IMG/VR virus record: IMGVR_UViG_3300005289_000016
Coordinates: 186,001-250,000 of that record
DNA length: 64,000 nucleotides
Reading direction: 5' to 3' (one strand)
A model generated the notes under the pieces. That model was not told where the DNA came from, did no database searches, and saw only the letters and a list, made by a program, of their open reading frames with translations. The position numbers and the translations under genes were made by a program. Of this stretch, positions 25,622 through 36,522 are shown piece after piece (position 1 is the stretch's first letter; every line of letters begins with the position of its first letter).

Positions 25622-26254
25622 ATGGCTCGCATTACTCCGCCAATGGACATCTCGGGTCCGTTCTTGCTTCGAAGCCCATTCGTTGCAGATCCCGCCAAGA
25701 GTTACACCGTCACTGCCCATCGTTCGTTTGCTGAATTGATCGCTCGGTCGCAAGATCCATTGAAGTTGGTTTATGCGCCAGTGGGTCTGACAGCAACCGC
25801 TTACGCCGAAGACCAGATGGAAGGTGCTATCGTCATCGCTCTGCGTGATAGCTCTGGCAACATCATGTACGTCCCTGATACGTACGTCGACCGCTACCCG
25901 GGACTGGGCAACGTTCCTTACAGTCGCTTGGTAGGTGTGGTTGATCTGGGCATGTGGGCCAACTACCGTGACCTGGATGACGTACAGGCTACGTTGAAGG
26001 ATTCATGCAAGGCTAACCTTGGGGTTGACGTTGAAGTCACCCTGGCTCGTGCCTCTACCTCCAACTTCGTGACTGAAGACCAGCACACCCAGTTGCTGGC
26101 AGCTCGTGAGTCGGCTAAGACCAACAACGAGACCCAGTCGGCTACCATCATTCGCTTGAGTGATGAACTGGCTCAGAAGAACGCACTGATTGCAGAGCAG
26201 GAACTGTTGATCCAGTCCTTGGCTGCACAGATCCCTTCTACCCCAGCACCATGA
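25622..26254 (+). CDS. conserved phiKZ-like protein, probably virion structural (210 aa)
   Basis: GAGGA RBS; adjacent to the DnaB-capsid block; C-terminal coiled coil. Confidence 0.65.
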   Translation: MARITPPMDISGPFLLRSPFVADPAKSYTVTAHRSFAELIARSQDPLKLVYAPVGLTATAYAEDQMEGAIVIALRDSSGNIMYVPDTYVDRYPGLGNVPYSRLVGVVDLGMWANYRDLDDVQATLKDSCKANLGVDVEVTLARASTSNFVTEDQHTQLLAARESAKTNNETQSATIIRLSDELAQKNALIAEQELLIQSLAAQIPSTPAP

Positions 26255-26258
26255 CACA

Positions 26259-26298
26259 CGGCATACAGGGCAGGCCACTTGGCCTGCCCTGTATGCTG
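26259..26298. terminator. bidirectional terminator
   Basis: 16-bp stem GCATACAGGGCAGGCC-ACTT-GGCCTGCCCTGTATGC between convergent genes. Confidence 0.8.
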
Positions 26299-27870
26299 CT
26301 ATGCCGCCATTGCTTCGTTCATCTCTTCGATGTCGTTCCAAGCCATCCCACCACCTTGGGAGTTTGGTCTGCCACCGATGATCTTGTAGCTCAGGTCCTC
26401 CTCCAGATGGTAGTCGTACATCACACCGTACATTGGGTTCGGGTTGAACTTGAGTACGAAGTACTTGTGCGCTTCTGGCGTAGGCTCCACCACACCCCGG
26501 TGTTTGCCCCACAGGTACTCGATGTACGCGCCATCGTTAACCACTTGCTTGTTGACGTAGAACTCCCAATCCACCTCGGTGTCCAGCTTCTTACACCCTT
26601 GGTAGTAACCACCGCCCGGCATGTCCCGAATGAACTTGGTGGGGTTCATCCGCTTCTCTTCCTTGGCTTGGGTCGAGAGTTGGTGTGCCGTGACTTGCAA
26701 GATCTTCTCGGCAGACGTGTATTCACGTGTCCGTTTGTACAGGTCTTGCAGGTCGTCGCCGGTAGCCCCTTGTACGCAACCGTCCTTGCTGAACATAGCG
26801 AGGTAGTCGACGTACGATGCGCAGACTTCAAAGCCTTTGGCCTTGTACTGCTCCAGGTGCTTGATGTACTTGGCGTAGGTAAACGAGGAACCCTTGATCC
26901 GGTGGATCTCAACGAACCAACCACGAGCCTGTAGCTTCTCGATGACGTAGGCGGTAGCTTCTGCTGGGTCGAGACCCTTGACAGAGACAGCCATGCCCAG
27001 TTCGAGTTGCTTGAGGATGACGTAGATCTTCTGAATGATGATCGGTACGTCGTCTTCTGTCGAGTAAAGAAGGCACAGAGGTTTCTTCTCAGGGTCGAAC
27101 AGGAACGGATCGTTGAACAGACAGGTGCCAAGGAACAGGTCGAGCAAGGTGCCTGACTTGTTGTTGTGAGGCAAGGCGTTGACCAAACCAAACTCACCCC
27201 GGCGTCCACCACCTTGTACACCCATCATGCGGTTCAGCGCTTTGAAGGGGAACTTGATGATGCCGTCGATGCTAAGGGATTTGTTCATGTCCTCGAACGC
27301 GGCAGTTACCGACGTTGGGTCATTGAAGTTGACGCTGGTAATGAATGCGGGGTCAATCCGCTCTTCTGTCTCCATGTCGACCGACAAGAGGTCTTGCGCA
27401 GTCTGTAGTACGAAGGTGTCCCAGTCTTCAACCTCGGCTTCGTTGAACGACAGGGTGTAGGATGCTTTCTTGACAATCTCGTGCAGCTTCTCCCGGTTCT
27501 TATAGCGACGCATCTCCCGAGAAATATCGTTGATGTGCTTACGTACAACCGACTCATCCGGGTACTTGCGGATGACTTTATCGAGTGCTTTATAAGTCAC
27601 GTCATCGGACTGGAGATTCATCCGAATACGCTGCATCAGCATATCCGGCTCATATCTCTGTGAACCACCGCTGTTCAACATCTCCAGAACAGTGGAGCGC
27701 AAATTCGACAGGATGTTCCTCCCGTCGCCGATGTCGCCGATGTTTTCGGGTAGCTTGATCTCGCTCAACATTGAACGGATCATTGATGCGTTACTCGAAC
27801 TGTACCCCTCGATTTGACTCTCGAGGTACAACAGGGTAACAGACTTGACTAGGAATAACTTGATGTCCAT
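26299..27870 (-). CDS. dnaB: DnaB-like replicative helicase (phiKZ gp118 type)
   Basis: Divergent Walker A ALPHNNKS, YSTEDD, VDYLAM, HQLS; divergent from the capsid genes as in phiKZ-like phages. Confidence 0.85.
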   Translation of the reverse strand: MDIKLFLVKSVTLLYLESQIEGYSSSNASMIRSMLSEIKLPENIGDIGDGRNILSNLRSTVLEMLNSGGSQRYEPDMLMQRIRMNLQSDDVTYKALDKVIRKYPDESVVRKHINDISREMRRYKNREKLHEIVKKASYTLSFNEAEVEDWDTFVLQTAQDLLSVDMETEERIDPAFITSVNFNDPTSVTAAFEDMNKSLSIDGIIKFPFKALNRMMGVQGGGRRGEFGLVNALPHNNKSGTLLDLFLGTCLFNDPFLFDPEKKPLCLLYSTEDDVPIIIQKIYVILKQLELGMAVSVKGLDPAEATAYVIEKLQARGWFVEIHRIKGSSFTYAKYIKHLEQYKAKGFEVCASYVDYLAMFSKDGCVQGATGDDLQDLYKRTREYTSAEKILQVTAHQLSTQAKEEKRMNPTKFIRDMPGGGYYQGCKKLDTEVDWEFYVNKQVVNDGAYIEYLWGKHRGVVEPTPEAHKYFVLKFNPNPMYGVMYDYHLEEDLSYKIIGGRPNSQGGGMAWNDIEEMNEAMAA

Positions 27871-27896
27871 TCTTTGTCCCAAGAGGGTGAATACTG

Positions 27897-28442
27897 ATGT
27901 ACAACATCAAACTGGTCATTGTGCCCGCATGGCTCGACCTCATTATGAAGGAGCTGGGCATCACGAACGATGATCTTGCAGACTGGGAGAAACTTTCAGG
28001 CATACTATCGCCGAGAGATCTTTTGATTTACAAGATGGTCAATTGGAACGCTGGTGAAGTGCTGGCGAAGCTGCCAGGCAGCAACCAGGAAGTGGCTAGC
28101 AGGCTCGTTGATGTGCTTGCCGTGGCCACTCCAGTGCCGACTCTGGAAGAACGTGCCTTCACTGCGAACCAGGAAATTGACACCTGGATCTACGGCGCTA
28201 CCTGCACTCGTGACAAGGAGCAACAGCTCTACGCTGAAGCTTACATGTCGGACAGTGAGGTATTGTGTGTAAGGCTGATTCCGTTCAGCCGTGCTTCTGA
28301 CACTTTGAAGAATGAAGGCAAGACTCTCTCTGAGAAGATCGCCCACATTCTTTACAGCCGAGTTGGTTTGCAAGCGGCCGCACAGACCGGTGCTTTCAAA
28401 CAGTATGTAAAGGAAATTCCTTTTAACTCGGTATTGTATTGA
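27897..28442 (+). CDS. conserved phiKZ-like protein between the helicase and the capsid gene (181 aa)
   Basis: GAGG RBS; synteny. Confidence 0.7.
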   Translation: MYNIKLVIVPAWLDLIMKELGITNDDLADWEKLSGILSPRDLLIYKMVNWNAGEVLAKLPGSNQEVASRLVDVLAVATPVPTLEERAFTANQEIDTWIYGATCTRDKEQQLYAEAYMSDSEVLCVRLIPFSRASDTLKNEGKTLSEKIAHILYSRVGLQAAAQTGAFKQYVKEIPFNSVLY

Positions 28443-28567
28443 GACCCGTGCAGTAAAAAACTGCAATGGTATGCAAAACTTGCGAATGCGCTGAGCGATG
28501 ATAAAGAGACCTCAGTATGCCTCGCAGTAAATCGCAGCGCGCGCTGCATATTCCGCGGAGAAACACA

Positions 28568-30826
28568 ATGAGCGTAGTAGGTAAATCGGCTCGCACCAGT
28601 CAGCAAACGCTGAATGCGCAGGCCACAGCCATTCAAGAGAAATTCAAGCAGGGCGGCATCGTTGGTAACAGCGCGATTGCCTCCATGGAATCCTTGACCA
28701 CCCTGGACCACGAAAACCTGTTCGCCTCCATGGAATCGGCCGTGCTGTCCATCGGCGAAACCGTTTCGATGGAAGCGCTGGGCGACTTCGGCCTGAACGC
28801 CGCTGACCTGACCCGTGCTCAGAAAGACGCCATGGGCGTGATCGCAATGGCCGCTCTCGAGCCAGGTGACTACGCTCGTCGCGCTCTGGGTGCCAGCGAC
28901 ATGTCGGCTCCGAAGACCGGTACCGTGGTTTCGGTTGAATCCATGGGCGACTTCGACTTCCAGGAGAAGGCCAACCCTTCGATGGAAGCGTTCGACAACT
29001 CGAACCTGACCGACTTCATCGGTCTGTCGATGGTTTACAACCAGAAAGCGGCCAAGCAGGGCGAGTTCGCTGAAGCGTTCTACCGCACTGTGATCCTGAC
29101 TCCGGAACAAGGCGGCGCTGACGTCACCATCCGTAGCCACCTGGTTCTGAACCACTTCCTGCACAACACCCGCGGCGACCACGCCGATTTCAAACAGCGC
29201 CGTCTGCTCGAAGCTGCGATCAACTACAAGATCCTGGCTGACCAGTCGACTACTCTGGTTCCTGAAATCCACGACGGCAACAAAGACCTCTTCGTCGCTG
29301 AAAGCGTCGTTGAGCCACGTTCCGTTGAACTGGGCAACCGTACCGTCACCACTTCCGCCCTGCTGATCGGCAAGCGCGTGAACCTGGTGGGCCTGGCTCA
29401 GAACAGCCTGGTGAAGATCGCTGGTCAAGCGAACCAAACCGATGCTCTGGACCGCGCCGTTGGTCTGAAGACCCTGTACGTCCGTAAGGGCGATGCTGAC
29501 GTTCTGGCATTCGACGTCGAAACCCTGCCTCGCGCTGCCTTCATCAAAGGCAACCAAGGCCTGGCTCGCGAACTCGAGCTGAACTTCCGTACCAGCTCCT
29601 TGCAGCTGAACGCGAACAGCGTCAACTACAAGGGCGAAGTGCTGACCAACCCGATCCTGAAGCAGATCGTCGACGGTGACTACCGTGTGACTCTGGCTGT
29701 TACCGTAACTGGTAACGTGGACACCGAGAAGGCCAACGCCACCGTCAACGCCGCACCGATCGTTGTCGACAAAATCGTCAACGCTGCTGGTGAAGTGCTG
29801 GCTCTGGACAAAGCGGGTCCTGGTAAGGACATCGCCGACGCCCTGGCTGACCTGGTCATCATCGGTTGGGAACCGAACGCTCGCCTGTCCAACGCCAACC
29901 GTCGTCTGCGCGGTCTGCAACTGAACAGCTCCGAGTACACCGAGCGTTACCCAGTAATGCTGGGCAGCCCGTTCTCGATCCCGAGCCCGCTGCAAGAAGC
30001 TCGTGGCATGGCCGACATCGACCTGCTGGTTACCGCTGCGCGTCTGCGTAACGACAACATGGCGATCACCACCCTGCTGCGCTTCACCGACGGCCTGAGC
30101 CGCTGGAAGTTCCTGACCGACGCCATCAACTCTGACGACCTGCTCCCAGAAGTTGAAGGTATCGCTCGCTTCCTGGTCAAGCCATGGTACCGTGAGCGCG
30201 ACCTCGACCTGCGCAAGCTGGTTGTGTCCCTGCGTTCGTACGACCGCGTTCAAGACGTTCAGGCTGCTCTGGCCAACGTTCTGCGTAGCGACATCCAGGA
30301 CTGCATCCTGGAATCCAACTACAAGACCGCGCTCGATGCGTACACCGGCTACACCGGTGAGAAGGTCCACGTTCTGATCGGTTCCGATCCGAAGACTGCC
30401 TCGTACATCATCACCACCGGCGACAGCCGTACTCTGGGTGACGACATCACCTTCGAGAAGGTGTCGGCAGTTGACCAGCGTATCCGCAAGCAGATCTTCT
30501 GGACCTTCAAGCGTCAAACCGAAGGCCTGGACCCTCTGAACTGCGGTACTCACTTCTGGATTCCAGAGCTGATCTCCCACGTGAACGTATCGCGTGACGA
30601 GACCCAGATCCGCGAAGCCATGGTTCAGCCGCGTAACCGTCACGTTAACCACCTGCCGATCTTCGGCAAGATCAACGTGATCGGCCTGGACGAAGTACTG
30701 TCGGAGGGCTGGCACATCCCAGTTGCCACATTTCCAGTTACCGGTGACGACACCACCGGTGGAGAAGGTGGCACTGACCAGCCTGTTGCCCCAGGTGATA
30801 CCGGCAATGGCACCACCCAGCCTTAA
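28568..30826 (+). CDS. major capsid protein (phiKZ gp120 type)
   Basis: About 752 aa, very strong codon bias, N-terminal propeptide with repeated SMES/SMEA protease sites, synteny with DnaB and RNAP beta. Confidence 0.88.
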   Translation: MSVVGKSARTSQQTLNAQATAIQEKFKQGGIVGNSAIASMESLTTLDHENLFASMESAVLSIGETVSMEALGDFGLNAADLTRAQKDAMGVIAMAALEPGDYARRALGASDMSAPKTGTVVSVESMGDFDFQEKANPSMEAFDNSNLTDFIGLSMVYNQKAAKQGEFAEAFYRTVILTPEQGGADVTIRSHLVLNHFLHNTRGDHADFKQRRLLEAAINYKILADQSTTLVPEIHDGNKDLFVAESVVEPRSVELGNRTVTTSALLIGKRVNLVGLAQNSLVKIAGQANQTDALDRAVGLKTLYVRKGDADVLAFDVETLPRAAFIKGNQGLARELELNFRTSSLQLNANSVNYKGEVLTNPILKQIVDGDYRVTLAVTVTGNVDTEKANATVNAAPIVVDKIVNAAGEVLALDKAGPGKDIADALADLVIIGWEPNARLSNANRRLRGLQLNSSEYTERYPVMLGSPFSIPSPLQEARGMADIDLLVTAARLRNDNMAITTLLRFTDGLSRWKFLTDAINSDDLLPEVEGIARFLVKPWYRERDLDLRKLVVSLRSYDRVQDVQAALANVLRSDIQDCILESNYKTALDAYTGYTGEKVHVLIGSDPKTASYIITTGDSRTLGDDITFEKVSAVDQRIRKQIFWTFKRQTEGLDPLNCGTHFWIPELISHVNVSRDETQIREAMVQPRNRHVNHLPIFGKINVIGLDEVLSEGWHIPVATFPVTGDDTTGGEGGTDQPVAPGDTGNGTTQP

Positions 30827-30878
30827 CCCGTAAGGGCCAAAGGTAAAGTGGCGTCAGCGCTAGTCGCTGAGCGTTAAA

Positions 30879-30913
30879 CATAAAGGCGGGGCTTCGGCTC
30901 CGCCTTTATGCTG
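30879..30913 (+). terminator. intrinsic terminator after the capsid gene
   Basis: CATAAAGGCGGGGC-TTCG-GCTCCGCCTTTATG. Confidence 0.8.
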
Positions 30914-30944
30914 TATGTCTGGATGCTGGCTCGGTGCTATCACG

Positions 30945-30970
30945 TTGAAGCTGTTTTCAGCAATACATTA
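30945..30970 (+). promoter_or_regulatory. degenerate copy of the promoter motif
   Basis: GTTTTCAGCAATACAT after a terminator, in AT-rich DNA upstream of 31034. Confidence 0.4.
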
Positions 30971-31033
30971 TTTACGTGAGCAAACACGGGTAATAAAATA
31001 CACGTGTAAATTTTTAATAAAGAGCCAACCTAT

Positions 31034-32164
31034 ATGGACGAGTTCTCACGTATCGACAGTGCGTATCAGCCGAAGCGTATAGACACCCAGAGACATCACC
31101 TAGCTAAGACGGCGCTGCCGTTTCAACATAAGGCAGCCAGTCGCATTCGGTTGGCAAGTCGTCAGCATGAGAACGGTATCAAAGGTTCACCGATGGTTAC
31201 GGTGTCGTACTTCAATTACATGGAGCGCGACATTATAGTGACCAGTCGGGATGGCTCCAGTGTTGTGGTGCCTCCTGTCGGGAACTTCTCGGCCGATGAG
31301 TTCATTGTCTGCGTGACTCACACCATGCCCAAGGAGTCGATGGAACGGGCACTGGACATTTTAAAGAATCGTGCCAATCCTGATGAGCGAGAATGTCAGT
31401 ATTGGATTCGTGCCTACGAGGCAGCGCTGTACAACAACAAGTCTCATCATGTTGTTGCTGCAAGCGTGGAATACATCATTTACTTCCGGGATATTCAGGA
31501 CGCCGGTGGGCGTTGCTATATGCCGGATGTCGATCTTCTGGTGGAGTGGTTGGCAGAGCACGGGGCTGTGCATCCGTTTGACAAGATCAAGCGCGATGAG
31601 GCCACGCTGCAATCCATTGCACCGGGTGTCGGTGAGGCAACCTTCGTCTTCATGATCAAGGCTGTCGACAACGCACAAAGCGTTCAGCGGGCTACCCGTT
31701 ACATTAACCTAGGTGGCGATGTCTTTATGATCCCGATCGAACGGGACCTGAAGTATCAGACTGGCATTCACATCGTCAGTCGGTCACCGATCAAGAATGG
31801 TGAAGCGGTGTCCGATGTTGTTCATCGGTCATTCACTTTCGAGGAGGCGGACGAGAAACTGAGTCTTCACCGGACCATTGAGGATGCCCACACGGGCGGT
31901 CCACTCAATGACATGGCCAAGACAATCATTGAAAGAGAAACGACCGTTAAGAAAGTCGAAGAAGTAAAGTTACGCAGTGAGCAGCTCGGGGCTGATGCCG
32001 AACTCCAGCGCCTGCGTAATGAGGGGGCACTGACGAAGGCTCAGCAAGATAAAGATGCCGCAATGCGGCGCAACTATGTCGAGTGGGCCAAGACAACAGT
32101 CGCTCTCCTAGGGGCGGCAATAACCATTTATGGGATATTGTCTAAGCTTAAATCCGATAAGTGA
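31034..32164 (+). CDS. conserved phiKZ-like protein with a C-terminal coiled coil and TM helix
   Basis: ORF track; lies between the capsid and RNAP genes; start uncertain (31034 or 31193). Confidence 0.7.
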   Translation: MDEFSRIDSAYQPKRIDTQRHHLAKTALPFQHKAASRIRLASRQHENGIKGSPMVTVSYFNYMERDIIVTSRDGSSVVVPPVGNFSADEFIVCVTHTMPKESMERALDILKNRANPDERECQYWIRAYEAALYNNKSHHVVAASVEYIIYFRDIQDAGGRCYMPDVDLLVEWLAEHGAVHPFDKIKRDEATLQSIAPGVGEATFVFMIKAVDNAQSVQRATRYINLGGDVFMIPIERDLKYQTGIHIVSRSPIKNGEAVSDVVHRSFTFEEADEKLSLHRTIEDAHTGGPLNDMAKTIIERETTVKKVEEVKLRSEQLGADAELQRLRNEGALTKAQQDKDAAMRRNYVEWAKTTVALLGAAITIYGILSKLKSDK

Positions 32165-32174
32165 AGGCGTTCCA

Positions 32175-33827
32175 ATGGACGACAGACTATTCGAATTCTC
32201 ACACCGCAAGCGTGCACCTGAATTCAATCAGGACGTGGTGAAAGGGATTGCCTGCAAGGATGTGCCCGGTGCTCAGCGGTACGTCGATAGCATCATCCGG
32301 TGCGGGGAGAAGCAGTATCCCGAGGGGTTCGTATATGAGGGCAGTGAGCGCTGTAATCCACTGGAGGAGTACAACGTAATTACCCGCGCACGAGCTGGTA
32401 ACAACCGGATCTACGATATTGCTCGCAGTTCAGTGTTTCTGGTGAAGTACAAGTTTTCGTTGCACGGGAAAGACTTGCACCCAATGTACATGTACCTGCC
32501 TTTCGTGCATCAGGCAGGCATGCTCTACATCTCCGGTAAGCAGTTTGCAATTGCTCCGGTGATGGGGGATAGAGCATTTGAGATCGACGAGAACAGTGTG
32601 TTCATCCGGATTCCTCGGGCGCCGATCAGCTTTAACCGTGAAAGCCACACGATCATGATTGATGGTGTTCGTGAAAAGGCTGACGTGGTCTACTCGCAAC
32701 TGCACAACAAGGGTGGCAAGAAGTCGCGGAACCGCAGTGACCTGATTCGTTTGGGCCATGTGCAAAGTTCGCTGCCTCACTACCTGTTCTGCAAGTACGG
32801 GATGTACGGGGCGTTCGAGAAGTACACGGGCACCCGTCCAATCATCATGAAGAAGGAAGACTACGACGCCGAGAAGTTCCCTTCGGAGCACTGGGTCGTT
32901 GTGTCCTCTCACGGCGCGCCACCCGATGGGATCAACCCTCGGCGTAAAGGCAGCTACGCCCTCCATGCTACCCAGCTCATCATGCTGGTAGACCGTGGGG
33001 CGTGGACCGACATGACCAAGTCGTTCGCTGCGGGCTTCTTCTATGTAATCGATCACTTCCCTGAGTTCGTAACTGAACCTGCCGAGCTCGATGAGACTTG
33101 GTGGTGGTGCGTCTTCATGGCGTTCATCCAGTGGGGTGAAGGTAACAACTACGGTCGTCTGGTAGAGGATGTCGAAACTCACCTCAAGTCTCTCGACAGC
33201 TATGTCGACCAAGAGACGGTCAAGACCTTGCAAGAGGTCCAGGTGAACTGTAAGGATCTGTACGATCTGATGGCGTACATCATGCGCGAGATGCGCTCGA
33301 TGCTGGAGAACAACCGGGGCAAAGAAGCCAGCTTGTACAACAAGCGTCTGGAAGTTCTGCGTTATCTGCTTCGTAACATCAATAACAGCATGTTCGAGTT
33401 CTTGTTCAAGATCACCGGCAACAGCAAGAAGGTCCTTCAGCCGAAAGAGTACGAGGACATTCTGCGGAAGTATTTCAACCCTTGGCTGATTCATGGCATC
33501 AGCTCAGCAGCTGAGCATCCAGAAGTCAGTTCGGTATCCAATCCGAGCGACAATATGTTCTTCAAGGTCACCTCGGTGATCGTCCAGCAGACCGATACAC
33601 ACGGTCGTGGGAAGTCCCAGGATGCCAAGCCGATTGGCCCCACCATGTACTTGGACTCTTCCTTTGCCGAAGTAACTGGCTTTGGTGTGTTGCCCAAGTC
33701 GACACCGATTGGCAACAACCGGTTCAACCCATGTGTGAAGCTTGACCCGGAGACACGCACCACCGTGCCAAGTCCCGAGCACCAACCAGTCCTAGACGGT
33801 GTACAACGTCTTATTCAACGCGTTTAA
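32175..33827 (+). CDS. non-virion RNA polymerase beta subunit, N-terminal part (phiKZ gp123 type)
   Basis: About 550 aa; LYLPFV...ISGKQFAIAPV resembles the RpoB N-terminal region; synteny downstream of the capsid gene. Confidence 0.75.
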   Translation: MDDRLFEFSHRKRAPEFNQDVVKGIACKDVPGAQRYVDSIIRCGEKQYPEGFVYEGSERCNPLEEYNVITRARAGNNRIYDIARSSVFLVKYKFSLHGKDLHPMYMYLPFVHQAGMLYISGKQFAIAPVMGDRAFEIDENSVFIRIPRAPISFNRESHTIMIDGVREKADVVYSQLHNKGGKKSRNRSDLIRLGHVQSSLPHYLFCKYGMYGAFEKYTGTRPIIMKKEDYDAEKFPSEHWVVVSSHGAPPDGINPRRKGSYALHATQLIMLVDRGAWTDMTKSFAAGFFYVIDHFPEFVTEPAELDETWWWCVFMAFIQWGEGNNYGRLVEDVETHLKSLDSYVDQETVKTLQEVQVNCKDLYDLMAYIMREMRSMLENNRGKEASLYNKRLEVLRYLLRNINNSMFEFLFKITGNSKKVLQPKEYEDILRKYFNPWLIHGISSAAEHPEVSSVSNPSDNMFFKVTSVIVQQTDTHGRGKSQDAKPIGPTMYLDSSFAEVTGFGVLPKSTPIGNNRFNPCVKLDPETRTTVPSPEHQPVLDGVQRLIQRV

Positions 33828-33845
33828 TATCCAGCTGGAGTCATC

Positions 33846-35777
33846 ATGAGTAACGATTTCGTCAACTTCATCTACGATCGTACGGTCGATTACATCGAGA
33901 ACCGTGCGCCGGACAATGAACTGCGTGAAGCCTACGCAAACTACATGTCCAAGGGCAACTGGAACAACAACGAAATGGCCAACGTCGTGGAGGTGATCGC
34001 GGTCATCGCCGAGGACGAGCTGCGTAGTTGCCGTTCCACCCGTGAGGAAGAAGCGTGCATCCGTGATGTCGTCATGACCTGCGTCGATGCCAACTGCGGT
34101 TCCTTCGGTCTGTCTGATCGCCAACTGGCGAATGCTGTTCCCGATGAAGTCTACACCGAAATGAAGCGTGCAGATGCCAAGTGGAACGACATTCTCAATC
34201 GTCTGTCGGGCAATACCCGTGGTGGTGGCCGTAACGAGCGCTCTACTTCCCGTAGTTGGGGCGGTGGTAGTGCTGGTGCAAGCCGCAGTGTGTTTGATCG
34301 CGGTAACCAGTACGGCGAACGCCGTAGTGCGTTTGACCGCAGCGAGCCTCGTGAGGAGCGCGCAAGCAACAGCGTGTTCGCAGGCCGTGATGTAGGTGGT
34401 CGTAGTCCGGTATTCGATCGTCATCAGGATGAGCGAGACCGTGCTCAAGCTTCTCCACCACGTTCTGCCTTTGCCCACACCCGTGAGCGCCCACCAGCGC
34501 CAGAGCCGGTTCGTCGTGAAGAGCCAGCCCGTCAACCTGAGCCGGTACGCGAAGCACCGACCCAGGAAGGTCCGGACATGAATCTGGAACGTCCGTACGA
34601 CGACTTCTGGATGAAGGGCGAGAACTGGCAGATCGCTCACCGCTCCAAGTTCGTATGGAGCTGGTCGCCGAAACAACAAACCCGCCGTGCGTACGATCCT
34701 GATCAAGAAGTCCGCTTCCTGGTCAAGGGCGTCGACGGTCAAATCCGAGAGGAGTTCATCGCAATGACCGACGATCTGGTCGAAGAAGCACACGCCATCC
34801 GGGCACACCAACGTCCGAACCGGACCCGTACCACCACCGAACGCGTAGAAGGCGACGACTTGTTCGAAGGTAAGGATCTGGACGTTGTGGATCTGGACGC
34901 GCTGCAAGTAACCAAGCATTACGCTGCCAAAGAACTGCTGCAAGAGCTGGACATCACCAGCCCGTACATCTCCGAGCAAGCGATCTCCGTCGCAACCCTC
35001 GAAGAAGCCGCAGTCCGTGTAGCAGGCGACGCGACCAAGAACGAAGGTGACGTCACTGCCACCAACAACATCATGTCCGTCCAGTTGGCTGGCGATGCAC
35101 TGAGCATCAAGGCGCTGGAATCGATCAAGGCCATCGGCGTGAACGAAGGCGATCTGCTGCAATTGCAGAAACGTCTGAAGTCGCTGCGCGGCACTCTGGC
35201 CGAAAACGTGATGAACTACCTGGACAAGCATTTCACCCAGGAAGTGAACTCCGCACTGGGTGACCAGTTCGGTCTGGCCAAGCCACGCATCGAAAGCTTC
35301 GTCGAGGACTTCGAAGACCTGCTGAACTGCAACACGTTCAAGAAGCAAGGTCAGGCGTACGCCAGCCAGTTCCTCAGCCGTACCCGTATCCTCCTGGCTT
35401 CCATGCAGTACCTCACCGAGGACGACCTGCGTGAAGAGTTCCTCGAGTGCACGGATCTGCTGCAACCTGGCGAAAACGATCCTGAGGCCTACACCGAGTT
35501 CCGCAAGAACATGGTGGTGCTGTTCAAACCGGTAGCGATGGTTCACATCAAGCTGCTGGCTGAGCAATTGGGCTACATCGACAATGAAGTACGTGTACCT
35601 CGCCGCACTGGCGAAGGCGCTGATCCAACCATGGTCGACATCCTGAACGGACTCTACGCCATCGGGCGTAAGACTGCCGGTGCAGGTCGTGTGTACGTGG
35701 TGTCTGCGGACAACCTCGTCTTCGAACTGGTGCCGATCAGTGGCGCACGTGACATCATCGGTATCCGTACCGTTTGA
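33846..35777 (+). CDS. conserved phiKZ-like protein (643 aa) with a central charged/disordered linker
   Basis: GGAG RBS; strong codon bias; Arg/Glu/Gly-rich segment at about aa 120-235. Confidence 0.8.
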   Translation: MSNDFVNFIYDRTVDYIENRAPDNELREAYANYMSKGNWNNNEMANVVEVIAVIAEDELRSCRSTREEEACIRDVVMTCVDANCGSFGLSDRQLANAVPDEVYTEMKRADAKWNDILNRLSGNTRGGGRNERSTSRSWGGGSAGASRSVFDRGNQYGERRSAFDRSEPREERASNSVFAGRDVGGRSPVFDRHQDERDRAQASPPRSAFAHTRERPPAPEPVRREEPARQPEPVREAPTQEGPDMNLERPYDDFWMKGENWQIAHRSKFVWSWSPKQQTRRAYDPDQEVRFLVKGVDGQIREEFIAMTDDLVEEAHAIRAHQRPNRTRTTTERVEGDDLFEGKDLDVVDLDALQVTKHYAAKELLQELDITSPYISEQAISVATLEEAAVRVAGDATKNEGDVTATNNIMSVQLAGDALSIKALESIKAIGVNEGDLLQLQKRLKSLRGTLAENVMNYLDKHFTQEVNSALGDQFGLAKPRIESFVEDFEDLLNCNTFKKQGQAYASQFLSRTRILLASMQYLTEDDLREEFLECTDLLQPGENDPEAYTEFRKNMVVLFKPVAMVHIKLLAEQLGYIDNEVRVPRRTGEGADPTMVDILNGLYAIGRKTAGAGRVYVVSADNLVFELVPISGARDIIGIRTV

Positions 35778-35865
35778 TGAGCGTTAGGTAGATGGGGGCC
35801 TCCGGGCCCTCATTTATTATGACTCTCTTCATTTTTTCTTTTGCTCAAATGCAAGGATACGGATC

Positions 35866-36522
35866 ATGAATGCAAAGACGGTATTGGCAACTGTCCTCAA
35901 CCCTCCTGTAACCACCTCTCTGGAGGCGTTAGCCCCTGCTGCCGGGCAGACTGTCAAGGAACGGGAATACGAGATCTACGGACGCGTAGACGACCTTGCA
36001 GCGATGCAGGCGGGTGCTCGTGGTAAAGAGTACCAAGAACAATGGGGCATGCCGTGCGACTTCGGCAAAGACGCTGGCATCTTCGGCAGCATCCGTGTTC
36101 GGATGACTCGTGAAGGTGAGGGCGAAGGTGCGACTGTGAAGTACGAGCAGACCATCAAGGAGAAGCAGCCTGATGGTAGCGATGAGAACGAGATCGAGAT
36201 CGGTGAGGCTACCTTCAACATCTTCTCGCGGCTGGTGCCCAACGGTTTGGTGAAGACCCGCTACTTCTTCCCGCTGGAAGGCACTGAGCACGAGCTGCAA
36301 GTCGATGTCTTCAATGATGCCGACGGTAAGCAGTGCAATGTGGTGAAGATCGATCTGGAGGTCCCTGAGGGCATCTCCGTCGGTGAGATCAAGATCCCGT
36401 TCAAGATCGAGATCACCCGTGTCATCAAACCGGGCAAGAAATCGGCAGAGGACTCGGAGTACGTGCGTGACTTGTTCGCCAATCACTACGAAATCCCGAA
36501 CCCGCAGCATAAACGCAAGTGA
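35866..36522 (+). CDS. CYTH-like (triphosphate tunnel) protein
   Basis: EREYEIYGR, SIRVR, KTRYFF, VDVF and KIDLEV motifs. Confidence 0.65.
   Translation: MNAKTVLATVLNPPVTTSLEALAPAAGQTVKEREYEIYGRVDDLAAMQAGARGKEYQEQWGMPCDFGKDAGIFGSIRVRMTREGEGEGATVKYEQTIKEKQPDGSDENEIEIGEATFNIFSRLVPNGLVKTRYFFPLEGTEHELQVDVFNDADGKQCNVVKIDLEVPEGISVGEIKIPFKIEITRVIKPGKKSAEDSEYVRDLFANHYEIPNPQHKRK

Noticed and set aside
28352-30715. 787-aa minus-strand ORF antisense to the capsid gene
   Set aside because: Same codon-bias artefact. The antisense ORFs at 33792-35567, 43651-45447, 7507-9123 and 12533-13669 are rejected for the same reason.
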